Assembly (NCBI GenBank): GCA_036393135.1
Contig: DASVWQ010000058.1
Span: 1 to 39,104 of the forward strand
Source of the DNA: Ktedonobacterales bacterium
GTDB taxonomy: Bacteria > Chloroflexota > Ktedonobacteria > Ktedonobacterales > JADMIN01
Reading direction: 5' to 3'
DNA length: 39,104 nucleotides
The number at the start of each line of letters is the position of its first letter. Position 1 is the stretch's first letter. The notes under the pieces were generated by a model, which saw only the letters and a program-made list of their open reading frames with translations, had not been told where the DNA came from and did no database searches. The position numbers and the translations under genes are program-made. Shown in pieces: positions 1 to 8,600 of this stretch.

Positions 1-299
1 TGACCCTCTGCGCAGAGCGAAGCGCGCTCGCGGCGGCGTGCGCACAGACGGCGGGCCGTGCGGACATCGCCACACCGCCGCCTATCAGCCGACTCGCACT
101 GACCTGCATCGACGCCGACGACGACGCGCCCCTCGGCGCCCGCATGCCCTGCGGCGCCTGCCGTCAGTGGATCGCTGAGCTGGCCCCCGACGCAATCATC
201 TCGGTGGACGGCCTTGACGCCGATCTCACCCTCGCCGATCTCCTGCCAAACGCCTTCGAGCTGAGCGACCGCCGCGCGCCCAATCCACCCGCGCGATAG
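1..299 (+). CDS. cdd: Cytidine deaminase, C-terminal fragment (5' end lies outside the window)
   Basis: Frame 3 is open from the window edge to TAG at 297-299. The translation TLCAERSALAAAC...ARMPCGACRQWIAEL carries the C-A-E and P-C-x-x-C-R-Q zinc-ligand motifs of cytidine deaminases. It is absent from the ORF track because there is no start codon in the window. Confidence 0.75.
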   Translation, partial: TLCAERSALAAACAQTAGRADIATPPPISRLALTCIDADDDAPLGARMPCGACRQWIAELAPDAIISVDGLDADLTLADLLPNAFELSDRRAPNPPAR

Positions 300-500
300 C
301 CCATCTGGGGGGCAAGGGATACTCCCGGCAAGCGCCAATTTTACAGCGCTCGCGTTCTGAATCCACGCGGGATGGCGCCGCAGCGCGTCCGCCCGCGCGG
401 TCTGCGCAGTTTCGCTCGCGCCGCACATCTGGCATACTTCTCTGGAGTAGAGAGCCAGACCAGTGAGCGCGCAACCACCTGGCGCGCCGGAGGGAGCAGC

Positions 501-1730
501 ATGCTGGCGGAAGACCGCATACCCCCGCAGCGAAGCAAGCGCGCGAACCACCAGACCACCGAGGGCGCGGGCGACTCTGGGCCAAGCCACAAAATGGATG
601 CGGCAGCCTCGTCGGCTACACGTCGCCGCCAGGCTGTCTCCGTCGTAGACGCCACGTCCGATGGCGCTGACACGCCGCCCCCCTATCGCCGCCCACCGAC
701 CAGCAGGCGCGCCAAAGTGACCGCTCGTCCGCTCAACGTCTCTGACAGACTGTTCGTCCAGCAGGCATCCTATATCATGGAGTCGGCGCCAGAGATCGTC
801 GAATCGAACATCGAGATGGTGGAGCGCCCCCAGCCACCGGCCGTCATCTCGCAGCCGCTGCCGCCAGCGCTGCCCGATGATGGGCGCACGGCCAGCGGTG
901 TGACCATCCTCAGCGGCGACTCCACCCGGCGCATGGCCGCACTGCGCTTCCTGCCGCCCAAGCGGAAAAAGCGCCGCCACTGGGCCACTGGTCTGATTAT
1001 CCTGACGCTGATCGGGGCGGTCGCCGCGACGGCCGTGGCCACCGTGCGGCCACTGGCCAGCGGCACATCTGAAGGGCTGGCGGTCCACGCTGCCGGCCCA
1101 CTCGGCCTGCCCGTCGCGCTCGACGCCGTGAATCAGGCCCCGACTGGGCAGTGGGTCGCGGTAATCGGCGTGCAGCCTAACCAGGACATCGGCGGCGGCG
1201 CTGGCCCGGGCGTCTCGGCTCCCGGCAGCGCGGGCCTGGCTGTCAAGAGCGTGAAATCCACGATTGTCACAGTCGCGTCAAACTCCGCCATCGCTGCGGG
1301 CGTCTCGCCGCCGCCGCTCTCGCCCTGGCCGCCATCGTGGGCCTTCGTCACCGTACCGGGCTACTATGCGTTCAGCATGTCAGATGTCAACGGCTACTAT
1401 AGCTGGGCGTTCGGCCAATGCACCTGGTGGGCGCAATATGAGCGCCAGGACGAAAATCTGATGCACATGGGCAACGCGCAGTATTGGGCCTCTAGCGCGG
1501 CGTCGCGGGGCTACTCCGTCGGATTCACCCCACAAGTCGGCGCGACCGTCGTCTTCCAGCCTGGCATTCAGGGAGCGGGCGGCGCGGGCCACGTCGCCCA
1601 TGTCCTGAAGGTCTATCCCAATGGCTGGTTCCTGATCTCCGAGATGAATTTCTATTGGAACGGCGGCGGCTGGGGGCGCGTGGACTATCGCTTCGCCCAC
1701 ACCGGCTCAGGCGTCCAGTTTATCTACTGA
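501..1730 (+). CDS. Membrane-anchored CHAP-domain peptidoglycan amidase/peptidase
   Basis: Track ORF 372..1730. ATG at 501 is preceded by GGAGGGAG with a 4-nt spacer. The N-terminus is basic/Pro-rich and disordered, followed by a KRKKRRH stop-transfer and TM helix (WATGLIILTLIGAVAATAVATV). The C-terminal about 110 aa (FGQCTWWAQY...AGHVAHV...ISEMN) has the Cys...His pattern of CHAP domains. Confidence 0.8.
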   Translation: MLAEDRIPPQRSKRANHQTTEGAGDSGPSHKMDAAASSATRRRQAVSVVDATSDGADTPPPYRRPPTSRRAKVTARPLNVSDRLFVQQASYIMESAPEIVESNIEMVERPQPPAVISQPLPPALPDDGRTASGVTILSGDSTRRMAALRFLPPKRKKRRHWATGLIILTLIGAVAATAVATVRPLASGTSEGLAVHAAGPLGLPVALDAVNQAPTGQWVAVIGVQPNQDIGGGAGPGVSAPGSAGLAVKSVKSTIVTVASNSAIAAGVSPPPLSPWPPSWAFVTVPGYYAFSMSDVNGYYSWAFGQCTWWAQYERQDENLMHMGNAQYWASSAASRGYSVGFTPQVGATVVFQPGIQGAGGAGHVAHVLKVYPNGWFLISEMNFYWNGGGWGRVDYRFAHTGSGVQFIY

Positions 1731-1758
1731 CCGCCCGACGCGACCAGGCTCACGCGCA

Positions 1759-1803
1759 ATCGCCCCGGCCCTGCCTCCCGCACGGAGACGCAGCCGGGGC
1801 GAT
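1759..1803. terminator. GC-rich hairpin between convergent genes (putative bidirectional terminator)
   Basis: Perfect 11-bp inverted repeat ATCGCCCCGGC (1759-1769) / GCCGGGGCGAT (1793-1803) with a 23-nt loop. It sits in the 93-nt gap between the CHAP gene stop (1730) and the oxidoreductase stop (1824). There is no clear U-tract. Confidence 0.45.
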
Positions 1804-1823
1804 GTCATGCCCTCGCGTGGGCG

Positions 1824-2828
1824 TCAGCGCGTCATGACCAACGCCAGCTTGCCATGTGTGCGCCGCCCCTCCATATCGCGCTGCGCCTGCGCCGCCTCCT
1901 CCAGCGAATACACGCCGCCAGAGATGATGCGCAACTCACCCTGCGCGAGCCAGCCGATCATCGCGCCCATGCCCTCCGCGATCATCTTGCCGGGCAGCGT
2001 CGCCAGCCAAAAGCCCACCACCGAAGCGTTGCGCCGCATCAGCCGCAGCGGGTCGATCAGTCCTGGCTGCCCGCTGGCCGCGCCAAAGACCACCAGCCGA
2101 CCAAACGGGGCCAGCGCCTGTTCGCTCTGGTGATAGATATCGCCGCCTACCGGCTCCAGGATGACATCGGCGCCCTTACCATCCGTCAACGCCTTGACCC
2201 GCTCGGTCAGATACTCTGTGCGATAGTTGATGAACTCGTGGGCGCCGAGCGAGCGCGCCAGCTCCGCCTTCTCATCTGACCCCGCCGCCGCGATGATCTT
2301 CCCTGCGCCAAGCAGCCGGGCTACCTGGATCGCCAGGACGCCAACGCCGCCGCCCGCCGCGTTGACGAGGACACGCTCGCCCGGCGCCAGCCGCGCACAG
2401 GTCTTGAGCAGGTGATAGGCCGTCACACCTTGCACGGGCAGCGCTACCAGGTCAGTATCGCTTGGCCCGTCTGGCGCGGGCGCGAGTCCCCGCAACGAAG
2501 TCGCCACGTACTCCGCATAGCCGCCGCTGGCGCACAGCCCCACCACCCGCGCGCCCACGCGCAGTCCTGGCGTCTCCGGCGTATCGGGGCCGAGGGCGAC
2601 AATCTCGCCGACGAACTCAGCGCCAGGGATGTAGGGGAACGGGGTCGCTTCCAGATAGCGGTTATAGCGACGCGCGATGTCGGCGTAGTTCACTCCCGCC
2701 GCCGCGATCCGCACCAGCGCCTGGCCTGTCGCTGGCTCCGGTCGCGCCACCTCTTCCAGCGCCAGAACCTCTGGGCCGCCAGCCGCCTGATAGCGTATCG
2801 CGCGCATGGTTGGTGTTTGTTCGGTCAA
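1824..2828 (-). CDS. NADPH:quinone oxidoreductase / zinc-type alcohol dehydrogenase superfamily (MDR)
   Basis: Track ORF 1824..2960. It has the MRAIRY...GGPEVL N-terminus, GVNYADI, and the Rossmann motif NAAGGGVGVLAIQVARLLGA typical of Qor-like MDR enzymes. The start is uncertain: an in-frame TTG at 2828 sits 6 nt after AAGGAG, while ATG at 2807 (MRAIRY) has no SD. The 2960 start would overlap the upstream Nudix gene. Confidence 0.85.
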   Translation of the reverse strand: MTEQTPTMRAIRYQAAGGPEVLALEEVARPEPATGQALVRIAAAGVNYADIARRYNRYLEATPFPYIPGAEFVGEIVALGPDTPETPGLRVGARVVGLCASGGYAEYVATSLRGLAPAPDGPSDTDLVALPVQGVTAYHLLKTCARLAPGERVLVNAAGGGVGVLAIQVARLLGAGKIIAAAGSDEKAELARSLGAHEFINYRTEYLTERVKALTDGKGADVILEPVGGDIYHQSEQALAPFGRLVVFGAASGQPGLIDPLRLMRRNASVVGFWLATLPGKMIAEGMGAMIGWLAQGELRIISGGVYSLEEAAQAQRDMEGRRTHGKLALVMTR

Positions 2829-2910
2829 CGCTCGCTCCTTCCGCTCACTCATCGACGCCATCGCGCCGTATCTCGCCGTGCGGAGCATACCCCACGCGCG
2901 CCGCGCCGTG

Positions 2911-3483
2911 TCAGGAGGGCAAGGAGAACGTCCCTGCCGCTCGCCGCCGTTCCACCTCATCCAGCGCGGTGACCAGGGCTGGCGTCATGGGCAGGCGGAC
3001 GCGCGCCGCCAGCAGCGCATCCCACGTGAAGAAGGCCCCGCCATCCGTCTCGATGCGGTTGAAGCGAAACGGCCCGTCGCAGCGCGCGACGAAAAGCGCC
3101 GTCATCTCCGTCTCCAGTTGCGAGCGCACCAGCCTCACGCCCAGCTCAGTCAGCGCAGCGCTTACGCCCAGTTCCTCCTCCAACTCGCGTCGCGCCGTCG
3201 CCTCATAGGTGTCGCCCGCGATGACGTGTCCCGACGCGGAGGCGCAATAATAGCCCGGATAGAGGTCTTTGCGCGCAGAGCGAAGCTGGAGCAGCGCGCG
3301 TCCAGCGCCATCGAAGACCAGCGTTTGCGCGCTACGGTGGATCAGCGCCGGATTGCGGTGCGCCTCGCCCCGCCTGACCACGCCGATCACCGTATCGCGC
3401 TCATCCACAAGGTCGAACAACTCATCCGGATTGTCCGTAGCGCTGTCGGAGCGCTCAGGCGGGAAGGTCGTGCGCCACGTCAT
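2911..3483 (-). CDS. Nudix hydrolase
   Basis: Near-canonical Nudix box GHVIAGDTYEATARRELEEELGV (GX5[E/D]X7REUXEEXGU). The ATG at 3483 overlaps the upstream HAD stop as ATGA. Confidence 0.85.
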   Translation of the reverse strand: MTWRTTFPPERSDSATDNPDELFDLVDERDTVIGVVRRGEAHRNPALIHRSAQTLVFDGAGRALLQLRSARKDLYPGYYCASASGHVIAGDTYEATARRELEEELGVSAALTELGVRLVRSQLETEMTALFVARCDGPFRFNRIETDGGAFFTWDALLAARVRLPMTPALVTALDEVERRRAAGTFSLPS

Positions 3484-4346
3484 GCCGTCTCCTCCTCCGC
3501 AGCGATCGCCGCGCTGTCGTTGTCCAGGATGTAGCGCTCAATCGCCAGCGCCGCGCCATCCTCGTCGTTGCTCGCCGTGACCGCGTTCGCGGCGGCCTGA
3601 ATCTCTGGATCGGCGTTGCCCATCGCAACACCCAGGCCAGCGGCGCGCAGCATCGAGAGATCGTTCACGTGGTCCCCGATGGCTATGGTCTGCGCCATGG
3701 ATATTCCCAGGTCGGCCGCCAGCCAGCGCAGGCCTGCGCCCTTCGACGCCTCGCGCGCGAAGATGGTCAACTCGCCGACGCCGTAGCTCCCTTGTGGCAG
3801 CACCTGCCAGCCAGCCTCCAACCCGTCCAGCGCATCGAGCGAGGCGCGCAACATCGCCTCTGGCCCGAAGGAGACGAGCCGCAGCGCCTCTGGAGCGGCG
3901 CTAGCGAGGTCAGACAGCGCCACGCGCGTCACCTGCTGGGGAAAGTTCGCCAGATAGGCGTCGATCCACGGCGAATCGCCCGCCGTATCGCTGACGAACA
4001 GCCGTTCGGCGTCTGGCCCGCCGACTTGCGCCACTACCCGCAGTCCGCGCGCCGCCAGCGCCTCCGCCGCACGCTGGGCCAGACGCGCATCCAGCGGGCG
4101 CGCCATCTCCACGGCGCCGCCTGGATACGCCCGCGCCATCGCGCCATCATAGAGGATGAGCGCGCCCTCCACGCCTAGTACCCTGGCATAGGGCGTCGCG
4201 CCAGTCCAGCGGCGGGCGGTGGCCAGCGTCACGACAACGCCCCGCGCCTGCGCCTCGCGCACCGCGCGCGACAAGCGCCGCGTGATCTTGCCATCCGAGG
4301 TCAGCGACGTGCCGTCCAGATCAAGCGCCACCAGTCGATAGTTCAT
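3480..4346 (-). CDS. HAD-superfamily hydrolase, Cof-type (HAD-IIB) phosphatase
   Basis: Motif I is LVALDLDGT at the N-terminus and motif IV is GDHVNDLSML. Length (288 aa) and cap region are typical of Cof-like phosphatases. There is an ATGA overlap with the upstream membrane-protein gene. Confidence 0.85.
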   Translation of the reverse strand: MNYRLVALDLDGTSLTSDGKITRRLSRAVREAQARGVVVTLATARRWTGATPYARVLGVEGALILYDGAMARAYPGGAVEMARPLDARLAQRAAEALAARGLRVVAQVGGPDAERLFVSDTAGDSPWIDAYLANFPQQVTRVALSDLASAAPEALRLVSFGPEAMLRASLDALDGLEAGWQVLPQGSYGVGELTIFAREASKGAGLRWLAADLGISMAQTIAIGDHVNDLSMLRAAGLGVAMGNADPEIQAAANAVTASNDEDGAALAIERYILDNDSAAIAAEEETA

Positions 4347-4747
4347 CGTGCGCTCCGCTCAGCCTCTCTGCCCGTCTCGGCGCTCACGGCGTCAGGGCCC
4401 GCCTGATGGGCCTGCGCCCACCAGCGCATCACCGGCGCCCAGGCCAGCGCCAGGCAGACCAGCGCCGCCGTCGTCACCGCCAACCCCAGGTCGCCACGCC
4501 CGCGCCACAGCTCGAAGGTTGCCCTGGCTGGCGCGCCAGTCAGCCGCTCGCTCGCCTCCATCCCTGAGACGAGCAGCTCGATCACACCACTGAACACGAA
4601 CCACAATCCGGCGCTGACCAGCACGCCCGTTCGCCAGCCAGGCCCGCGCCTCGCTGTGTGCGCCGCCAGCCATCCGCCGACGACGATTTGTCCCAGGCCA
4701 AAGACGAGCGAGAGTATCAGATTGATAGGGAGCGCGCCGATCATCAC
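4343..4747 (-). CDS. Hypothetical small integral membrane protein
   Basis: 134 aa with three to four hydrophobic helices (ALPINLILSLVFGLGQIVVGGWLAA, VLVSAGLWFVFSGVIELLV, LAVTTAALVCLALAWAPV). It is translationally coupled (ATGA) to the downstream HAD gene. I recognised no family. Confidence 0.6.
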   Translation of the reverse strand: MMIGALPINLILSLVFGLGQIVVGGWLAAHTARRGPGWRTGVLVSAGLWFVFSGVIELLVSGMEASERLTGAPARATFELWRGRGDLGLAVTTAALVCLALAWAPVMRWWAQAHQAGPDAVSAETGREAERSAR

Positions 4748-4861
4748 GCGACCGAAACCTCATTCCAGCGGGCGACCAGACCATACGGCGCATCCGTCTG
4801 CGCGCCGCTCGCTGTCATCTTCCCGCGCAGGGCGGGCGTCTGTCAACCCGCCGCCGGGAAC

Positions 4862-5704
4862 CTAGAGGTACCAGTAGACGGCAACGGTGATGAGCGGAAC
4901 GAGGATGAGCAGCGCCCAGTCCAGCGCACGCAAGCGTCCCTCGTGCAGCAGGGTGGCCTCGCCTGTCACGCCGTAGCCGCGCGCCTCCAGCGCCGTCGCC
5001 AGTCCTGCCGCCCGACGCAGCGCGCCCTCTGTCAGCGGCACGACCAGCATGACCACCCCGCGCACCCGCGCGCCGAGCGAGCCAGTGGTGAACTCGGCTC
5101 CGCGCGAGACCTGGGCCTTGATGAGCTGGTTGGCCTCCTGCACGAGCGTCGGCACGAAACGCAAGGCGAGCAGCGTCATCAGGCCGAACTCGTCGGCGGG
5201 CAGCCCCATCCGGCGGAACGGCCGCAGCAGCAGCACGATGGCTTCCGCCAGCGCCACCGGTGTCGTGCTGAGCGAAAGCGCCAGCGTGCCGAGGTAGAGC
5301 AGCAGGAAGATGCAGGTCGTCGAGACGGAGAACCACAGCCCGTCATAGGTCACAACGACCTCGATTGGGATGCGCACACCGTCCAGCGTGAAGACCAGCG
5401 GCCCGAACGTGCGCCAGGTCGGCCCCGTCGTCCAGATCAGCAGGAAAGGCAGACTGATCGCCATCAGCAGGAAGATCACTCGCAGCCGTCGCCAGATATA
5501 GCCCGGATTCGCCCCGCTCAGGACCATCGTGAGCATCAGCAGCGCGAACGCCAGCCCATAGACGCCATAGTGGAACCGCTTGTGATTGGCGATGAAGAAC
5601 GAGGCCGCCAGCCAGCAGAGCAACAGCAGCTTGGTTCGCGCCCGCAGTCGGTGGATGACCGAATCGTGCGGGATGTACGAGCCAACGGGCAGGCTATCCA
5701 GCAT
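4862..5704 (-). CDS. ecfT: Energy-coupling factor transporter transmembrane component EcfT (CbiQ family)
   Basis: Polytopic membrane protein with the two coupling-helix xRG motifs (QVSRGAEF, ALEARGY). It lies directly downstream of two ECF ATPase genes. The preferred start is ATG at 5704 (MLDSLPVG), 9 nt after GAGGAG, overlapping the ecfA2 stop. The track start at 5746 is possible. Confidence 0.85.
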   Translation of the reverse strand: MLDSLPVGSYIPHDSVIHRLRARTKLLLLCWLAASFFIANHKRFHYGVYGLAFALLMLTMVLSGANPGYIWRRLRVIFLLMAISLPFLLIWTTGPTWRTFGPLVFTLDGVRIPIEVVVTYDGLWFSVSTTCIFLLLYLGTLALSLSTTPVALAEAIVLLLRPFRRMGLPADEFGLMTLLALRFVPTLVQEANQLIKAQVSRGAEFTTGSLGARVRGVVMLVVPLTEGALRRAAGLATALEARGYGVTGEATLLHEGRLRALDWALLILVPLITVAVYWYL

Positions 5705-6623
5705 GACGGCCATCTCCTCGGTCGAGTGTCGCGGAGTGCGCGCCATCCCGCCCCTGCGGCGCCGATGACGCGGGCCTCAGCGCCTCCGCCAGCGCCTCCG
5801 CCGTGAAGCTGGTTGGCTCCGCGCGCAGCAGCCCCCGCGCGCGAGCCAGCGCGGCCACTTGCGCCAATGGCGGCGGCAGCAGCCCCGCCGCCTCGATAGC
5901 CTCCGTCTGCCGGAACACTGCGGCGGTCGGGCCAGCCAGCGCCGTCTGGCCATCCCGCAGCGCCAGCACAGTCTCGGCCAGCGCCGCCACCTCCGCCATA
6001 TCGTGCGAGATGACCACCAGCGTCAGCCTCTCGCGCTCGCGCAACGCGCGCAGCGTCGCATAGATCTCCTCGCGCGCCTCGGCGTCGAGGCCTGCGCTCG
6101 GCTCATCGAGCACGACGATGCCCGGACGCATCGCCAGCACCCCGGCCAGCGCCACCCGTCGCCGCTGGCCGCCAGAGAGCGCGAACGGCGAGCGCGCCAG
6201 GAAGGCGTCATCATCAGGCAGCGCCACCGCCCGCAGCGCCCAGCGAGTCCGCTCCTCGACCTCCGCGCGCTTCAGCCGCATCTGACCTGGCCCATACGCC
6301 ACATCGGCCCCAATCGTCGGTGCGAAGAGCTGGCCCTCCGGAAACTGGAAGAGCAGTCCCACCCGCCGACGCAGCGCCCGCAGGGTCTCGCCCGCGAGGC
6401 CGCGCGAGGTCAGCTCGATATCATCGACTACCACGCGCCCGCTCGTCGGCGTCAGCAGGCCGTTGAGGCATTGCGCCAGCGTCGATTTGCCCGATCCTGT
6501 CACCCCGACAATCGCCGCGCATGACCCATCCTCCACGCGCAAGTTCACGTTGCGCAGCGCCACCCGCTCCAGTGGACTGCCGGGATGATAGATGACCGTG
6601 AGGTGGTCCACCAGAATCGTCAT
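5694..6623 (-). CDS. ecfA2: ECF transporter ATP-binding protein EcfA2
   Basis: Walker A GVTGSGKST, ABC signature LSGGQRRRVALAG, Walker B VVLDEPSAGLD. ATGA overlap with ecfA1. Confidence 0.88.
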   Translation of the reverse strand: MTILVDHLTVIYHPGSPLERVALRNVNLRVEDGSCAAIVGVTGSGKSTLAQCLNGLLTPTSGRVVVDDIELTSRGLAGETLRALRRRVGLLFQFPEGQLFAPTIGADVAYGPGQMRLKRAEVEERTRWALRAVALPDDDAFLARSPFALSGGQRRRVALAGVLAMRPGIVVLDEPSAGLDAEAREEIYATLRALRERERLTLVVISHDMAEVAALAETVLALRDGQTALAGPTAAVFRQTEAIEAAGLLPPPLAQVAALARARGLLRAEPTSFTAEALAEALRPASSAPQGRDGAHSATLDRGDGRHAG

Positions 6624-7486
6624 CGCGTCCCCCCCAGCGCCCGCGTCAGCGCCTCAGGCGAGAGCGCGTCGGCGGGAATGGGCAGCCCCTCCGCCCGCAA
6701 CCGCTCGGCCAGCAGCGCGACATCGGGTATCACCAGGCGCAGCGCCCGCAGGCGACCGAGATCGGCGAACGCCTGCGCGGGTGGCGCGTCGAGCGCCACA
6801 CGCCCGCCGTCCAGCGCGATGACGCGATGCGCGCTGGCGGCCTCCTCCAGCAGATGCGTCACATGAATGATCGTCAGCCCATGCTCACGATTGAGCCGCC
6901 GTAGCAGCGCCGAGACCTCCACACGCGAGCGCGGATCGAGCATCGCCGTCGGCTCATCCGCAATCAGCGCGGACGGCTCCAGCGCCAGCGCGCCGGCGAT
7001 GGCCAGTCGTTGCCGCTGCCCGCCCGACAGCTCGTTCGGCGCGCGGCCATAGGCGTGTCGCAGGCCGACCGCTTCCAGGGCGGCGCGTGTCCGCTCGATA
7101 ATCACGTCATGCGGGAAACCGCGTGCGGCGAGTCCCCAACCAACGTCATCCTCCACCACCGTCGCTACGATCTGGTTGTCTGGGTCGGAGAAGATCATGC
7201 CGACGAGGCCACGCACTCGCGCGCGGTTAGCTGGCTCGGCGGTGTCCAGACCCGCCAGCGTCACCCGCCCGGCGCTGGGTCGCGCCAGCCCACCGATGAT
7301 GCGAGCCAGCGTTGACTTGCCACTGCCATTGTGGCCCAGCAGCGCTACATATTCGCCCTGCTGGATCGTCAGCGAGACATCGCTCAGCGCCGCGCCACTC
7401 GTTTCTGAGTAGCGATAGCTCATGCCCTCGATGATGATGTCGGCGCGCATGCTGGCCGCGCCTGCCGTAGCGCCAGCATCGGTCAT
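6620..7486 (-). CDS. ecfA1: ECF transporter ATP-binding protein EcfA1
   Basis: Walker A GHNGSGKST, signature LSGGQRQRLAIAG, Walker B LIADEPTAMLD. I chose the start at ATG 7486 (MTDAGAT...), which forms an ATGA overlap with the upstream gene stop at 7483. The 85-aa extension in the track (to 7741) overlaps that gene and is Ala/Gly/Arg-rich. Confidence 0.88.
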   Translation of the reverse strand: MTDAGATAGAASMRADIIIEGMSYRYSETSGAALSDVSLTIQQGEYVALLGHNGSGKSTLARIIGGLARPSAGRVTLAGLDTAEPANRARVRGLVGMIFSDPDNQIVATVVEDDVGWGLAARGFPHDVIIERTRAALEAVGLRHAYGRAPNELSGGQRQRLAIAGALALEPSALIADEPTAMLDPRSRVEVSALLRRLNREHGLTIIHVTHLLEEAASAHRVIALDGGRVALDAPPAQAFADLGRLRALRLVIPDVALLAERLRAEGLPIPADALSPEALTRALGGTR

Positions 7487-8478
7487 CGCAGCTCCGCCTC
7501 TCCAACCCGATTGACCTCTACCAGCGGCGGCGCATCGGATGCGCTCGTAGTGGCAGCGTCCGCTGTGGTGAGCCGCGCCAACTCCGCGCGCAGCCGCCGC
7601 GTCCGCCTTCGCTGCGCCAGCCGACGCGCCAGCCAGACCGGCCCCCACAGCGGCGCCGTGACGACCCGCCAGAGCAGCGTCGCCAGCCACACGAATGGAC
7701 TGATGGCCAGGCCAGCCACCCGCAACACGCGCCAGACCCACTGCGGCGGGAACGTCCGCACGTCATGGCCCAGCGCTCGCGCGGTTGTCGAGGCCACGCT
7801 GTAGTACAGCACATCCGCTGGCCCCGTCAACGCCACCACGTACAGCGAAAACATCGGTATCCACCACTTGAGGATGAATTGGGCCAGCGCGACGAGCGCC
7901 GGGCGGACGGGCGCGTACACCGCGTGGAGGCCCAGCAACGCCGTACCGGTGTCGAGCAGCCAGCCCGCCGCCACCAGCATATTGCGCAGCGCGTCATACA
8001 GGTCGCCCAGGGGCAGCGCCAGCACATAGACCGCCGCGAAAGCCGCCGCATAGACGACGGCGGTGTTGAGCAGGATGGTGAACGCGATTGCCAGCGTCGG
8101 CGGCCAGCGTCTCCGCATCATCCAACCCATCGCCAGGCCGATGACGCCCTCGAAGCCGAGCCGCCAGCCATAGTGCGGGCCGACCAGCACGGTCATCAGG
8201 AAGCCACCGACACACGCGGCGAACAGGGTGATCCGCGCGCCTCGCCGCAGGTAGAGGATGGTGAACGGCGTGGGAATGAGCGGAATGAACGCCATTCCGG
8301 CGATGGGAATGTAGATCCAGGCGAGATCGAAGACAATACTGACGTCGGTCAGCAGCCCCGCCTCCGCCAGGCTGATCGCGCTGGCCCAGGGCGCGCGTGG
8401 CTCGCCGCGTGTTCGCGCCGTCGGCGCTGTCCCGGATGTCAGGATGCCCTCTGGGCTGTTCGACGGCTCACCCAACAC
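7483..8478 (-). CDS. Polytopic membrane protein, candidate substrate-capture (S-like) partner of the ECF module; family not recognised (possibly DUF2232-like)
   Basis: 331 aa with at least 6 hydrophobic helices and an Arg-rich cytoplasmic C-tail (RRLAQRRRTRRLRAEL). GTG start at 8478 follows GAAGGTGA. It is translationally coupled to ecfA1. The position equals that of S components in group I ECF operons, but it is much longer than typical S components. Confidence 0.65.
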   Translation of the reverse strand: MLGEPSNSPEGILTSGTAPTARTRGEPRAPWASAISLAEAGLLTDVSIVFDLAWIYIPIAGMAFIPLIPTPFTILYLRRGARITLFAACVGGFLMTVLVGPHYGWRLGFEGVIGLAMGWMMRRRWPPTLAIAFTILLNTAVVYAAAFAAVYVLALPLGDLYDALRNMLVAAGWLLDTGTALLGLHAVYAPVRPALVALAQFILKWWIPMFSLYVVALTGPADVLYYSVASTTARALGHDVRTFPPQWVWRVLRVAGLAISPFVWLATLLWRVVTAPLWGPVWLARRLAQRRRTRRLRAELARLTTADAATTSASDAPPLVEVNRVGEAELR

Positions 8479-8553
8479 ACATCACCTTCGCCAGCGCGGT
8501 TCGTCCTGAAGTCGTCCCTGCGCGATGTTCTCTCAATCCACAGCGCAGCATAG

Positions 8554-8600
8554 CACGCGCGCAGGCGCATGGCCTACTCACCATAGTACCTGCGCGCGTG
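8554..8600 (-). terminator. Strong GC hairpin downstream of the MFS gene / in the leader of the ECF operon
   Basis: Perfect 12-bp inverted repeat CACGCGCGCAGG (8554-8565) / CCTGCGCGCGTG (8589-8600) with a 23-nt loop. It starts 30 nt after the MFS stop (8630) on the minus strand. No U-tract follows. Confidence 0.45.

Noticed and set aside
372-500. Upstream start (372) for the CHAP gene
   Set aside because: There is no SD at 372, whereas ATG 501 sits 4 nt after GGAGGGAG. The added 43 residues are Arg/Ala-rich.
300-500. Possible c-di-AMP (ydaO-type) riboswitch upstream of the cell-wall hydrolase
   Set aside because: ydaO elements often precede such genes, and a GAAUCC string is present. I could not find the paired GGGGA/ACCCG core elements or the pseudo-twofold architecture. 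An Infernal scan would be needed before any claim.
4658-5806. 382-aa plus-strand ORF, and the similar 19979..20977 minus-strand ORF (332 aa)
   Set aside because: They are antisense to EcfT and to the symporter respectively. Both are extremely rich in R/Q/D/E/H, which is the mirror image of hydrophobic membrane-protein codons. They are shadow ORFs.
7487-7741. 85-aa N-terminal extension of EcfA1 in the track (start at 7741)
   Set aside because: It overlaps the 3' end of the upstream membrane-protein gene and is Ala/Gly/Arg-rich. The ATG at 7486 gives a normal ABC ATPase N-terminus and a canonical ATGA coupling overlap.
8479-8553. TPP-riboswitch-like fragments (UUGAGAGAAC, GCUGGCGAAGG) in the ECF leader
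   Set aside because: The spacing and the P2/P3 pairing of the THI element cannot be reproduced. CUGAGA is UUGAGA here, and the ACCUGAUCUGG segment is missing. I kept this only as a low-interest check under findings.
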